This document shows, piece after piece, positions 33,693 through 44,170 of a DNA stretch of 59,368 nt. Source of the DNA: Nemertoderma westbladi (lineage: Eukaryota > Animalia > Xenacoelomorpha); assembly GCA_032718475.1 (NCBI GenBank), contig JAUCBJ010009094.1, positions 1 through 59,368 on the forward strand, read 5' to 3'. Position numbers and translations under genes: made by a program. Below the pieces are notes generated by a model, which searched no databases, had not been told where the DNA came from, and saw only the letters and a list, made by a program, of their open reading frames with translations. The first letter of the stretch is position 1. Every line of letters begins with the position of its first letter.

Positions 33693-35153
33693 ATGAATGC
33701 ACAGCAGCAAAAAAGAGACGCATCAGTCCATAAATTACTGGTGAACTCAACCTCCAATGTCCATCTTGATTGCTGGGATGAGAGTGACACACACATAGAT
33801 CACTTTTGGAATAACGTAGGCGGCCAGATCAACAGACTGAATGAACTGAGACTCCAATGGGAAACCTCAAAAGATGTAAAAGCCCAGAACTCCACTTCAA
33901 ATGAGATCAATGCAGTGTGGATTAAAATTCGAACATACAACTCGATGACACACGGAGTGCTGGATGCTTTATCAAAACAAGTTATTGTTCTTCAAGGTTT
34001 AGGAGTGGAAGAAATAAACTCTGTCCTCACTGTGTGGAACGCCATGAAGGGGAAAAGGAACACACAGCAACGAAGTGCAAGTGACAACACTGATTTAAAA
34101 GAGTTTACTGAAACTACAATCAATGTTTGGAATGACACAATAACAATTGGCGCCATACCAAAAACCTGGACAAAGGTCGTTGCAAAGGGGTCTAAACTAG
34201 CTAGAGGTGTGATGTCTGTGATTAGGAGCGGCCAGATGGAACGCCTTGAAGCTGACCCTATACTTAAGGATGTGCCAGGCTTTTTACAAGCGCTTCAAAA
34301 TACACCAGAGAAGACTGATCAGAATCCATTAGCCATTGCCAACGCCAACATGCTTGATTACCAACTCCTCCTGATGTATCATTGTAGAAGAAACAACGGA
34401 CATCTGACAGTTGGAGATTTCCGGAAGTTTGTAACAAGGATTGCTAGGATGTCGAGGTCACCAAGTTTTAGCAAGGACTTTTGGAGAACTGCTTCTGATG
34501 CACCCATTAATTCCAATTTCAGGCTCGCCATGCAAGACATCCAAAAATTGGCTTTAAGGGATAATCCTCTCAAAATGTCAGTGAACAGGTTTGTGATGGG
34601 TGCATCATGTTATGAATTGACTGGCAGTGAGCTTATGTGCATGGGTCTAGATACTCCCAAGTTATTCAAAACCATAGCAAGAATGCAAGGTCTAAGCCCT
34701 TGTTCATTAGAGCCTGAGACTACAACGCCTCAAGAACATCTTCTACACCAAGTGGCGACTACAGGCAAGACCACTAACTTCCACCACAACAAAGGCAGTA
34801 TCTCGAAAGGGGCTTTGAGCTATGTTACCTTCCGCGCAGAAGGCGGAACTGAGCACGAGGGAGGACCCGAAGAGGAAGAGGAAACAGAAGAGAGGGCTTG
34901 GAATCAACCAGAAGAACAAACGATTGATGTCGAAGATGAAATGGCATGGTTAATACAGTGGGTTTCTTTAGGCTGTCCAGTTAATGACGGCTCTCTAGAA
35001 GATGTCGATCCGGACGCCGGGGCGGCCGGCGGGCTAGAGTCCATGGCACAAGGTGCGGTTGTGAAACAGAGAACGGGTGGGCCGGGCCAAGGAGGAAATT
35101 TACTTCCTGCGCTCGTGGAGGATGGCAAAAAGAAGAAGCCAAGGAACCACTAA
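33693..35153 (+). CDS. 486 aa orphan protein (copy 3)
   Basis: Same protein as copy 2. Confidence 0.8.
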   Translation: MNAQQQKRDASVHKLLVNSTSNVHLDCWDESDTHIDHFWNNVGGQINRLNELRLQWETSKDVKAQNSTSNEINAVWIKIRTYNSMTHGVLDALSKQVIVLQGLGVEEINSVLTVWNAMKGKRNTQQRSASDNTDLKEFTETTINVWNDTITIGAIPKTWTKVVAKGSKLARGVMSVIRSGQMERLEADPILKDVPGFLQALQNTPEKTDQNPLAIANANMLDYQLLLMYHCRRNNGHLTVGDFRKFVTRIARMSRSPSFSKDFWRTASDAPINSNFRLAMQDIQKLALRDNPLKMSVNRFVMGASCYELTGSELMCMGLDTPKLFKTIARMQGLSPCSLEPETTTPQEHLLHQVATTGKTTNFHHNKGSISKGALSYVTFRAEGGTEHEGGPEEEEETEERAWNQPEEQTIDVEDEMAWLIQWVSLGCPVNDGSLEDVDPDAGAAGGLESMAQGAVVKQRTGGPGQGGNLLPALVEDGKKKKPRNH

Positions 35154-35485
35154 CCTAAGGAACACGTAAGTACATATTACAGTAGGCTTTTATATAACGC
35201 TGCCTCACTCACCGCCCACCACCCGTCTCGTCTCCACAGATGTCGCCAGGCTGATTCCACAGGCCAAGAAGCACAAGACCAAAACAAAAATGTGGAAACT
35301 TCATTGCAATTGTATTAAAGTTTCCGCAATATTATTAAGAGAAATTTTATGTAGATTTTGGGGGGGAACATCCTTGTGCACAAGGACTGACCCCCCCACG
35401 CACTTTAAACATTGACCTTCATTACGGATTCTGATTTTAATGAGAATTTACACAATTGTTGACATTGGTAGTTTGCTTTCCGCAA

Positions 35486-35716
35486 ATGAGTGATCAGGTG
35501 TGTTCCAGCTGCAATAAACCAAACTGTTATCGTTGTAGTCAATGCGGTTGCTACTGTCGGTGCTGTGACCACTGCCCCTCAACTAACGCCTGTTACACCT
35601 GTTATTGCTGTTTCAAACCCACCTGTTGCAGTGACTGTGTTCCCTGTGAGCGCTGCGGAAAAGCTGTAAATTATTTTGGAGGTCTTTGTTGCAACTGCAC
35701 CTCCAGAGGAGCATAA
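35486..35716 (+). CDS. 76 aa Cys-rich protein (copy 4, one C>S change)
   Basis: T>A at 35630. Confidence 0.7.
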   Translation: MSDQVCSSCNKPNCYRCSQCGCYCRCCDHCPSTNACYTCYCCFKPTCCSDCVPCERCGKAVNYFGGLCCNCTSRGA

Positions 35717-35789
35717 AGCAAAATCAAAACAGATAATCGCCAGCACAACCTCCTGGATAGCACAACTTTAGTGTTATACAATCTCCATA

Positions 35790-37250
35790 ATGAATGCACA
35801 GCAGCAAAAAAGAGACGCATCAGTCCATAAATTACTGGTGAACTCAACCTCCAATGTCCATCTTGATTGCTGGGATGAGAGTGACACACACATAGATCAC
35901 TTTTGGAATAACGTAGGCGGCCAGATCAACAGACTGAATGAACTGAGACTCCAATGGGAAACCTCAAAAGATGTAAAAGCCCAGAACTCCACTTCAAATG
36001 AGATCAATGCAGTGTGGATTAAAATTCGAACATACAACTCGATGACACACGGAGTGCTGGATGCTTTATCAAAACAAGTTATTGTTCTTCAAGGTTTAGG
36101 AGTGGAAGAAATAAACTCTGTCCTCACTGTGTGGAACGCCATGAAGGGGAAAAGGAACACACAGCAACGAAGTGCAAGTGACAACACTGATTTAAAAGAG
36201 TTTACTGAAACTACAATCAATGTTTGGAATGACACAATAACAATTGGCGCCATACCAAAAACCTGGACAAAGGTCGTTGCAAAGGGGTCTAAACTAGCTA
36301 GAGGTGTGATGTCTGTGATTAGGAGCGGCCAGATGGAACGCCTTGAAGCTGACCCTATACTTAAGGATGTGCCAGGCTTTTTACAAGCGCTTCAAAATAC
36401 ACCAGAGAAGACTGATCAGAATCCATTAGCCATTGCCAACGCCAACATGCTTGATTACCAACTCCTCCTGATGTATCATTGTAGAAGAAACAACGGACAT
36501 CTGACAGTTGGAGATTTCCGGAAGTTTGTAACAAGGATTGCTAGGATGTCGAGGTCACCAAGTTTTAGCAAGGACTTTTGGAGAACTGCTTCTGATGCAC
36601 CCATTAATTCCAATTTCAGGCTCGCCATGCAAGACATCCAAAAATTGGCTTTAAGGGATAATCCTCTCAAAATGTCAGTGAACAGGTTTGTGATGGGTGC
36701 ATCATGTTATGAATTGACTGGCAGTGAGCTTATGTGCATGGGTCTAGATACTCCCAAGTTATTCAAAACCATAGCAAGAATGCAAGGTCTAAGCCCTTGT
36801 TCATTAGAGCCTGAGACTACAACGCCTCAAGAACATCTTCTACACCAAGTGGCGACTACAGGCAAGACCACTAACTTCCACCACAACAAAGGCAGTATCT
36901 CGAAAGGGGCTTTGAGCTATGTTACCTTCCGCGCAGAAGGCGGAACTGAGCACGAGGGAGGACCCGAAGAGGAAGAGGAAACAGAAGAGAGGGCTTGGAA
37001 TCAACCAGAAGAACAAACGATTGATGTCGAAGATGAAATGGCATGGTTAATACAGTGGGTTTCTTTAGGCTGTCCAGTTAATGACGGCTCTCTAGAAGAT
37101 GTCGATCCGGACGCCGGGGCGGCCGGCGGGCTAGAGTCCATGGCACAAGGTGCGGTTGTGAAACAGAGAACGGGTGGGCCGGGCCAAGGAGGAAATTTAC
37201 TTCCTGCGCTCGTGGAGGATGGCAAAAAGAAGAAGCCAAGGAACCACTAA
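35790..37250 (+). CDS. 486 aa orphan protein (copy 4)
   Basis: Same protein as copy 2. Confidence 0.8.
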   Translation: MNAQQQKRDASVHKLLVNSTSNVHLDCWDESDTHIDHFWNNVGGQINRLNELRLQWETSKDVKAQNSTSNEINAVWIKIRTYNSMTHGVLDALSKQVIVLQGLGVEEINSVLTVWNAMKGKRNTQQRSASDNTDLKEFTETTINVWNDTITIGAIPKTWTKVVAKGSKLARGVMSVIRSGQMERLEADPILKDVPGFLQALQNTPEKTDQNPLAIANANMLDYQLLLMYHCRRNNGHLTVGDFRKFVTRIARMSRSPSFSKDFWRTASDAPINSNFRLAMQDIQKLALRDNPLKMSVNRFVMGASCYELTGSELMCMGLDTPKLFKTIARMQGLSPCSLEPETTTPQEHLLHQVATTGKTTNFHHNKGSISKGALSYVTFRAEGGTEHEGGPEEEEETEERAWNQPEEQTIDVEDEMAWLIQWVSLGCPVNDGSLEDVDPDAGAAGGLESMAQGAVVKQRTGGPGQGGNLLPALVEDGKKKKPRNH

Positions 37251-37753
37251 CCTAAGGAACACGTAAGTACATATTACAGTAGGCTTTTATATAACGCTGC
37301 CTCACTCACCGCCCACCACCCGTCTCGTCTCCACAGATGTCGCCAGGCTGATTCCACAGGCCAAGAAGCACAAGACCAAAACAAAAAAACAAAAATGTGG
37401 AAACTTCATTGCAATTGTATTAAAGTTTCCGCAATATTATTAAGAGAAATTTTATGTAGATTTTGGGGGGGAACATCCTTGCATACTATTACGTAGCTAT
37501 TACGTGAATTTGGTATATACATTTTCTAATAAATAAATAAAATTTAACAAATTATACAATTTGGTAGATAATACTAGTATATGGATTCTGGAATAAAAAA
37601 AACTAGCTAAACTGTTGTTTGAGTTAGATTGTATATAAAAACAGAACCATGTCCATTTATTGTCGATGGTAGGCGGTGATGGTGCGTCTGCACGTCCAAA
37701 TGAATGCGACTAGCTAAACAAACTAAAGGCCTCCTTCTTTCAAACGATCAATC

Positions 37754-40700
37754 ATGGAAATACCCTGCATTAGTCTCACTGATAGTGAGCTTCTAGCAGA
37801 CCCACCTCCCGAATCTGAAGACATGTACGAATTTGGAGGTCTGCCTCTCTCGAGGCACGATATAGAATCGTTAAATGGGCAAAACTGGTTGACAGATAAC
37901 ATTGTTGAAGCAGTTATATCCAGCTTGTGTTTAGGCTACAACGGCCATGCAAGAGTTTTTAACTCTCATTTCGTTGACATCTTTCAAGAAGGCGGCTTTA
38001 AGAACATACAGAGTCTGAGCAAGGGCGCTTCAGTGCCAGTTTTTGATAACGATTTCATATTTTTCCCTATAAATGTAAACAATTGCCACTGGACCCTTGC
38101 TGTTTACTCCCCTTTAAAGTCAGCAATTTGGTTTTTCGACTCACTGGGGGGCTCTAACCAAACAGTTGTTGATTCTATCAAAGAATGGGTGAATCTTGTT
38201 GCCATTCATTACAATGTGGACCTCCCCCCAATTGCCGTTTATCCCTCCATTCAAAAGGTGCAATACAACACCTATCAATGTGGGGTATATATCTGTAGGT
38301 ATGCAAAGTGGTGTATTGAAGGTTACTCACGATCGGATTTTGAGGATATCAATGATATTACCATTTCCAAGCATCGTAGTGATCTGTATTCTGATATTTC
38401 CAGAAATGCCCCTCTAGTTTGGTCAGCCAATCAACAGAAGGCATCGACACCTACACCACCTCCAATTGGAGATCCCACCCCGTTTCCGAATTCTCACCCA
38501 CCCGTGCTTAACCATACACAATCAATCTCACCGCTAGAGCCGAAACAACCTCCAATCCAATCAGCCGAATCCTCCAAGGATAACAATCAAATTGGAGACC
38601 CCACTCTGGTCCCGAACTCTCATCCACCCCTATTTACCCATACTCCATCAATTGCACCGCTAGAGCCGGGACAACCTCCCACCGTTACCAGTGGAGGACT
38701 GTCCCTCAAGTTCCCATGCACCACCTGCTCTAAATTATGCTGTGTCAACCCCAAGGGAGGGCTGCGCAAACACAGATCCACTGAAGGCACCTCTTGTCCT
38801 GGGTCAGGTTCCATCATTACATTTCCAGCCACCGGTTCCTCCGCTCCTGCTGAAGCTGCAATTCCACCCGACTTACACTCTAATCAGCCAGCCATGTCTC
38901 AAGGGTCACCCGGACTACTGTCCCAACCGTTTACCAATGACACTCCATCCCCTGCTCCTGTGGTAGCCAGCCAGAGCGCCATATCAGATTCACTTAGCAG
39001 TGCATTCGAAACCCTCACTAGGATCAGAACCCTGACTCGTATCCCCAGGGGTGCAAGACTAAAAGCAGCCACACTTTACAGTAGTCTCTGTGATGCCATC
39101 GTCCTCAACAACAGTCAGTCAAACTGGTTAAACCTGCTGGCCTTTCCATTCTCTCTCAGAGTACCCTCCCAGGGATCAAGGTCCAGACGTGGCCGGAGGG
39201 CTATCGGTCCAGCCTGCAAATCACTCACAGCCAAGGTAAAGGACCAACTGTTGGAATTTGAAGAGATGGTCAAGAACACCAAAGAATTACTAGTACTGCC
39301 TACGACTAGCCTTCCATCCCATCTGAAGCCCAAGACTCAACAATCCTCGGATGACATGCTTGGGAAATTGATAGCCTCTAAGATAGAAGAAGGAAATGTG
39401 AAAGCAGCTGCACGACTAGCATCCTCATCAGCCACTATAGCCCCAGCCACCTCAGAGACCCTTGAAGCCCTCCGACTCCTTCATCCTACACGCCCATCAG
39501 ATGACTTCCACGGAGTACCGTCATTAGAGGAAGCAGATGTCCCGACCCTCGAGCTATCTTACCCAGAGGTTCTAAAATCAATCAAGCTATTCCCCAATGG
39601 CTCGGCACCAGGTCCCGACAACTGCCGTCCTCAGTTCCTCAAGGACATGATCTCATCATCAGTGGGGGATGCTGCCCTGGCTTCCCTCAAGGCTATGACA
39701 TCGGTAGCTAATATCATGCTAAAGGGAGGAGTGCCCCAGGAAGTTCTCCCTTACCTCTATGGCGCCAGGCTTTGTGCTTTCACTAAACCAGCAGGTGGAG
39801 TTCGCCCCATAGCCGTGGGGTGCACTCTGCGTCGACTTACCGCCAAAACAGGCTGCCATTCAGCGGCAAAGCATTCCGGTTTAAAGCTAGGACCCCATCA
39901 GCTAGGGTTCGGGACCCCCCGGGGTGCAGAAGCAGCAGTACATGCAGCCAGGCGTTTCCTCAGTGAGTCAATAGAGAGAGAGACAGTCATGATCAAAATT
40001 GATTTCTCAAATGCCTTCAACAGTATTCACCGTGGACCAGCCTTGAGGGCAGTGCTAAAGAACCTCCCACCACTATACAACCTGGCATATCAGTCATATT
40101 CGCAACCCTCTCTCCTATTCTACAATGGGACAACAATTGCCTCTGACGATGGTATGCAACAGGGAGACCCACTAGCCTCTCTATTCTTCAGCAACGACAC
40201 AATTGAACTTGTCGATAGCATGGAATCTCCTCTCAACGTGTGGTTCCTGGATGACGGTTCCTTGGGTGGAACACCATCTGTTGTTGCTTCTGACCTGAAG
40301 AGGGTCATAGCCGAGGCAGCAAAGCTAGGGCTTATGGTCAAGGCATCCAAGTGTGAGTTAATCTTTGGCAAGCACTTTCCCTTACAACTGAAAGAAGAGA
40401 CAACAGCTCTGTTTGATGCCATCACACCAAGCATTAAACCAATCGATTTTTCTGATGCGCTGTTGCTTGGATCACCCCTAGGAGATTCAGCCATGGAAAA
40501 GATCCTTGAAGAGAAGGAATCAGACCTCTCTAGGTTCGCAGACCGCCTCCACCTTCTATCGGCGCATGACGCCCTATACCTACTCAGACATTGCTTTGCC
40601 ATTCCGAAGTTGATGTATGTGCTGCGGTGTTCACCCGCCTTTGGATCGCCTCGATTGAAGTCTCTAGATGATAAGATTCGGCAGTGCTGCCAAATTGTGC

Positions 40701-41743
40701 TCAACACTAGGATTGGGGGCGATGCTTGGGCCCAGGCTTCCCTTCCAATATCTTTGGGCGGGCTGGGGGTTAGAAGCACATCCGACGTAGCTTTACCAGC
40801 TTTCCTGGCTTCCAGCCATGGGTGCATCCCACTGCTTAACACCCTACTACCCAGTTCCATTTCCAGCATCCCCAACCCACTCCTAATAGCTGCGAAGCAA
40901 CTACTACCTACCGATTTTCCTGAACCAATCAATCAAGCCATTCAGAAAGGATGGGATGCCCCGCTGTGCTCATCACGACAGGATGAACTGATCACCAAAG
41001 CCTCATCAGCAAAAGAGAAGGCTCGTCTCCTAGCTGCCGCCGCAGACCACGCCGGGGACTGGCTAAGGGCACTGCCGGTATCATCCCTAGGCCTTCGCCT
41101 CAGTGATGAGCAGCTGCGGGTGGGAGCAGCTCTCCGCTTGGGTACACCTATTTGCGAGGAGCATTCCTGCAGGGGTTGCGGGTTGGAAGTCGACACGAGT
41201 GGAAGTCATGGCCTCAGCTGCTTACACAATTATGGGAAATACACCCGTCATGCAGAGGCCAATGACATCATTCACCGTGCACTCTCATCAGCCGGCATTG
41301 CCTCCACCTTGGAGCCTCGAGGACTTTCACAAGACGGCAAGACACCAGACGGTTTGACCTTTGCCCCTTGGTCCTCAGGCCGCCCACTCGTTTGGGACTT
41401 TACTTGCAGGGACACCCTCGCTCCTTCCTATCTACCCGAGACAAGTAAATCTGCAGGTGCAGCCGCTTTAATGGCAGAGACCAGTAAAGGAAATAAGTAT
41501 GCTGCGCTCCAGCACCACCACTTATTCCGCACTATTGCCTTAGAGACCTTAGGCCCAATCGGTGCAGAAGGCACCGCAGTACTGCGGGAGATAGGGCGGA
41601 GAATCGCCAAGGAAACAGGTGAACCTAGGTCCACAGAATTCCTTTTCCAGCGGCTCTCAATTGCAGTGGTCAGAGGGAACGCGACATCTGTCCTAGGTAC
41701 CACCCCCCACCAGGCGGGCCTTGATGAGGTATTCCTACTCTGA
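37754..41743 (+). CDS. Intact single ORF of a CRE-clade (RLE-type) non-LTR retrotransposon: Ulp1/C48 protease - Pro-rich linker/Zn finger - RT - restriction-like endonuclease
   Basis: Protease WLTDNIV, HWTL, FFDSL, QxNxxxCG. RT GVRPIAVG, IDFSNAFNS, GMQQGDPL, FLDDG. RLE CxxC..H..C, RH, PDG..VWD, ExxKxxKY. Confidence 0.92.
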   Translation: MEIPCISLTDSELLADPPPESEDMYEFGGLPLSRHDIESLNGQNWLTDNIVEAVISSLCLGYNGHARVFNSHFVDIFQEGGFKNIQSLSKGASVPVFDNDFIFFPINVNNCHWTLAVYSPLKSAIWFFDSLGGSNQTVVDSIKEWVNLVAIHYNVDLPPIAVYPSIQKVQYNTYQCGVYICRYAKWCIEGYSRSDFEDINDITISKHRSDLYSDISRNAPLVWSANQQKASTPTPPPIGDPTPFPNSHPPVLNHTQSISPLEPKQPPIQSAESSKDNNQIGDPTLVPNSHPPLFTHTPSIAPLEPGQPPTVTSGGLSLKFPCTTCSKLCCVNPKGGLRKHRSTEGTSCPGSGSIITFPATGSSAPAEAAIPPDLHSNQPAMSQGSPGLLSQPFTNDTPSPAPVVASQSAISDSLSSAFETLTRIRTLTRIPRGARLKAATLYSSLCDAIVLNNSQSNWLNLLAFPFSLRVPSQGSRSRRGRRAIGPACKSLTAKVKDQLLEFEEMVKNTKELLVLPTTSLPSHLKPKTQQSSDDMLGKLIASKIEEGNVKAAARLASSSATIAPATSETLEALRLLHPTRPSDDFHGVPSLEEADVPTLELSYPEVLKSIKLFPNGSAPGPDNCRPQFLKDMISSSVGDAALASLKAMTSVANIMLKGGVPQEVLPYLYGARLCAFTKPAGGVRPIAVGCTLRRLTAKTGCHSAAKHSGLKLGPHQLGFGTPRGAEAAVHAARRFLSESIERETVMIKIDFSNAFNSIHRGPALRAVLKNLPPLYNLAYQSYSQPSLLFYNGTTIASDDGMQQGDPLASLFFSNDTIELVDSMESPLNVWFLDDGSLGGTPSVVASDLKRVIAEAAKLGLMVKASKCELIFGKHFPLQLKEETTALFDAITPSIKPIDFSDALLLGSPLGDSAMEKILEEKESDLSRFADRLHLLSAHDALYLLRHCFAIPKLMYVLRCSPAFGSPRLKSLDDKIRQCCQIVLNTRIGGDAWAQASLPISLGGLGVRSTSDVALPAFLASSHGCIPLLNTLLPSSISSIPNPLLIAAKQLLPTDFPEPINQAIQKGWDAPLCSSRQDELITKASSAKEKARLLAAAADHAGDWLRALPVSSLGLRLSDEQLRVGAALRLGTPICEEHSCRGCGLEVDTSGSHGLSCLHNYGKYTRHAEANDIIHRALSSAGIASTLEPRGLSQDGKTPDGLTFAPWSSGRPLVWDFTCRDTLAPSYLPETSKSAGAAALMAETSKGNKYAALQHHHLFRTIALETLGPIGAEGTAVLREIGRRIAKETGEPRSTEFLFQRLSIAVVRGNATSVLGTTPHQAGLDEVFLL

Positions 41744-41761
41744 ATCCAGGAATTCTCATAG

Positions 41762-41950
41762 GTGTTAATTTATCTCAACTCAGCAGTGAACCCAATATTA
41801 TATAATATTATGTCACAACAATTTCGTCGGGACTTTCGTCGCGTTTGTTGCCGGGGTAACCAACAGCGCTTGGCTTTTATCAATCAAAGAACTGTCAATT
41901 ACAATTCGGAAATGACGAGGCATAGCACACTCGATAGTACAAAACTGTAA
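41762..41950 (+). pseudogene. Last coding exon of a class A (peptide-receptor-like) GPCR: TM7 + helix 8 + tail, followed by 3'UTR to ~42158
   Basis: [30 protein letters not shown] contains NPxxY, helix-8 FR and palmitoylation CC; preceded by TTCTCATAG| acceptor. Confidence 0.85.
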
Positions 41951-43399
41951 CCCTGGAGACTTGAGATTACTTTTATAACAATAGATGGATGATTGACCGT
42001 CTGTTCGTATTAGAGTATTTCTTACTCTGAGAGAGAATTTGATGTTTTACGAATTTTAGCTCCTCTATATACGAACTTTGTACAATATTATGTAGTTAAC
42101 CGGTTTCTTGTAATTTAGTTTTGCTTTAATGTATATCTGGACTCTATTAATTAAAATAATAATATATTGATGAAGGTTATGTGATTCATATTACCTGACT
42201 GTAATATCAATAGGCCTAAGGCTAAAATGTAAAAATGTTTTTTTTTATTTAAAAAGAAATACCAGTAGGCCTACATAGGACCACTGAACCAGTACCCATA
42301 CACTGCTTACAATACAGTCCTGCAGTCTTCCTCCTATCAGCTAGGTATTAGAAGATTCTTAATCTTAGTTCAGATTTTCAAAAATTCTGGTAGTGGATTA
42401 AGTACCATATATGTCTATGGATATGGTACAGCAGTAGGCTAACTACATTGCATGACAGATCACCTAAAATTCAAATTAGGGTGGTGTTAGCCTTCAACTC
42501 AGTACCTTAGAGTAAGTAAGCCTTCTGCAGTACTGACTATCAATGGGTGCAGGACACTTTGCCACACTGCCTTTTCGACATAGAAGTTAGTAAAACAAAA
42601 GTGAAGTATCTTGTGCTTGTGTGACGCTAGGGAAAGCAATTTTACTACTGATTTTCAGACAATTTCAATCAATTGCTTATCAATTCAATCAATCCTTTAA
42701 TTATTCCAAATGCACAACCTGATAAATTTACAATTTTTACAGTATGGAAGCACAATGGCAATTTATTAGACTTGATATAATCAACAATTTACAGATTTAC
42801 GTTGTATAGTATAGGTACTCAAGCGCGGCTGTACTGTAGCAATAGTTTAGTAGCCATTACAGTAAAATAAAGATTATAACACAATATCGGTTTGGCGGGC
42901 GGTGGGTTGGGGGAAGGACTTGATAGCCTCAAATTTGTTAATTTTTTAATTTTAATTGTACTTGATTTAATTTTTTAATGATGTTGAAATGAGATAATGT
43001 ATAGTGGGTGAACCTGCATTAGTAGATACTCAAGCCACAACTTTATAATTGTACATATTTTATCTCTTACAGGTCATCTTATATTTATCATTGAACAGCA
43101 TCACATGAGGATGAAGACATGAGATAAAAGGGAAAAAACAATGTAAATTTGTAATATATTAAAGAATATTACATACACAGTATATTAATATTACAACAAA
43201 CTGTAGTAACAACTGTGATTTAAACAACTGATGATAACACAATCGGGTAACGCAATCGACACGCTTACCATACCCTCTACACAAACCAAAAACCTCAAGC
43301 ACAGCATGGACTGATCAACTGGTGCGCATCCATAATGAATTAATAAATTAAAATAATTTTTTCATTTTTACTTAAAAATGATTTAACATAATTTTACAG

Positions 43400-43525
43400 A
43401 TATTGATGAATGTACATTAAACACCGACAACTGTCACATTAATGCTGACTGTTCCAATACTGTCACTGGATTTAGTTGCAGCTGCAAGTCTGGATATACA
43501 GGAGATGGTGTCACTACATGTACAG
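43400..43525 (+). other. Orphan cbEGF exon copy
   Basis: Same as 23052-23177, with splice sites. Confidence 0.9.
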
Positions 43526-43969
43526 GTAATAAACTTTCTTAAATAAAAATCATTGAGTTAATAATAATATGCCAAAATATAATTTTCCGCTTTATATTTA
43601 CTGTAATACATAAGGTCCTTCCAGGCTTCCCTTACCTATTCTCCATGAGTGTCGCAATTTCGTTTTTCCTTAGTCAAGCATCCCTTTCATTTGTCTAAAT
43701 ATATGTCATAGCCGGTCTTCCATGGCTATGCTTTTCTTGTGTTGGTTGCCGGAAAAGTAGATCTGGCATGACCTCATGCTTACTTCTCCAGCAGTGCCCA
43801 CTGAATCTTAATCGGTGTTCATGGAGGGTGGTTGATAGAGGTGGTATTAATTCATGAAGTACAATTATAAATGGGAAGGTTGAGGCAGTTAGATCTGTTA
43901 GAAAGTTTGAGGGTGGTTTGGGGGGGGGGGGGCGGTAGTGGAATAGAGTGGCATTTCTTGGACTATGGA

Positions 43970-44170
43970 CTACCTCTTAGAGTCTGTTGCTGTTATGAGC
44001 AGGGCATCCGCTGTCCCCAAGATGGAGACCGCATTACCAGCCAGAAACGCAATAGCCAGTATCTTCATGAAGAATCCGTGAAATCTGGACACTTGTGTTA
44101 CAGCATGGAGTCTGGCCCCAAACTCATTCAAGAACTCAGATGTTTCAGAGCTGGGGCAGCCCAGGATCTC
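43970..44170 (-). mobile_element. 3'-terminal fragment of a second, diverged CRE-like element
   Basis: EILGCPSSETSEFLNEFGARL...FMKILAIAFLAGNAVSILGT aligns with ETLGPIGAEGTAVLREIGRRI...LFQRLSIAVVRGNATSVLGT of the 1329 aa ORF. Confidence 0.7.

Larger units (their letters stand above)
28836..37481 (+). repeat. Head-to-tail array, ~4.1 copies of a 2105 bp unit (putative endogenised RNA-virus-like segment)
   Basis: Junctions at 29071|29072, 31176|31177, 33281|33282 and 35378|35379; copies almost identical. The repeat is directly seen; the viral origin is inference. Confidence 0.9.
28830..42158 (+). mobile_element. 13.3 kb composite retro-insertion (2.1 kb-unit concatemer + CRE-like element + GPCR 3' exon)
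   Basis: ATAATATATT is duplicated at 28820-28829 and 42159-42168; empty target GATACCATAATATATTGATGAAGG is at ~21816-21839 and inverted at ~52908-52931. Confidence 0.85.

Noticed and set aside
28836-37481. CRISPR-like or satellite interpretation of the array
   Set aside because: Units are 2.1 kb, coding and identical throughout; there are no short repeats with unique spacers and no cas genes.
40120-41703. Antisense ORFs (270, 84 and 91 aa) and others overlapping the CRE and 486 aa ORFs
   Set aside because: Shadows of long coding frames, with no motifs.
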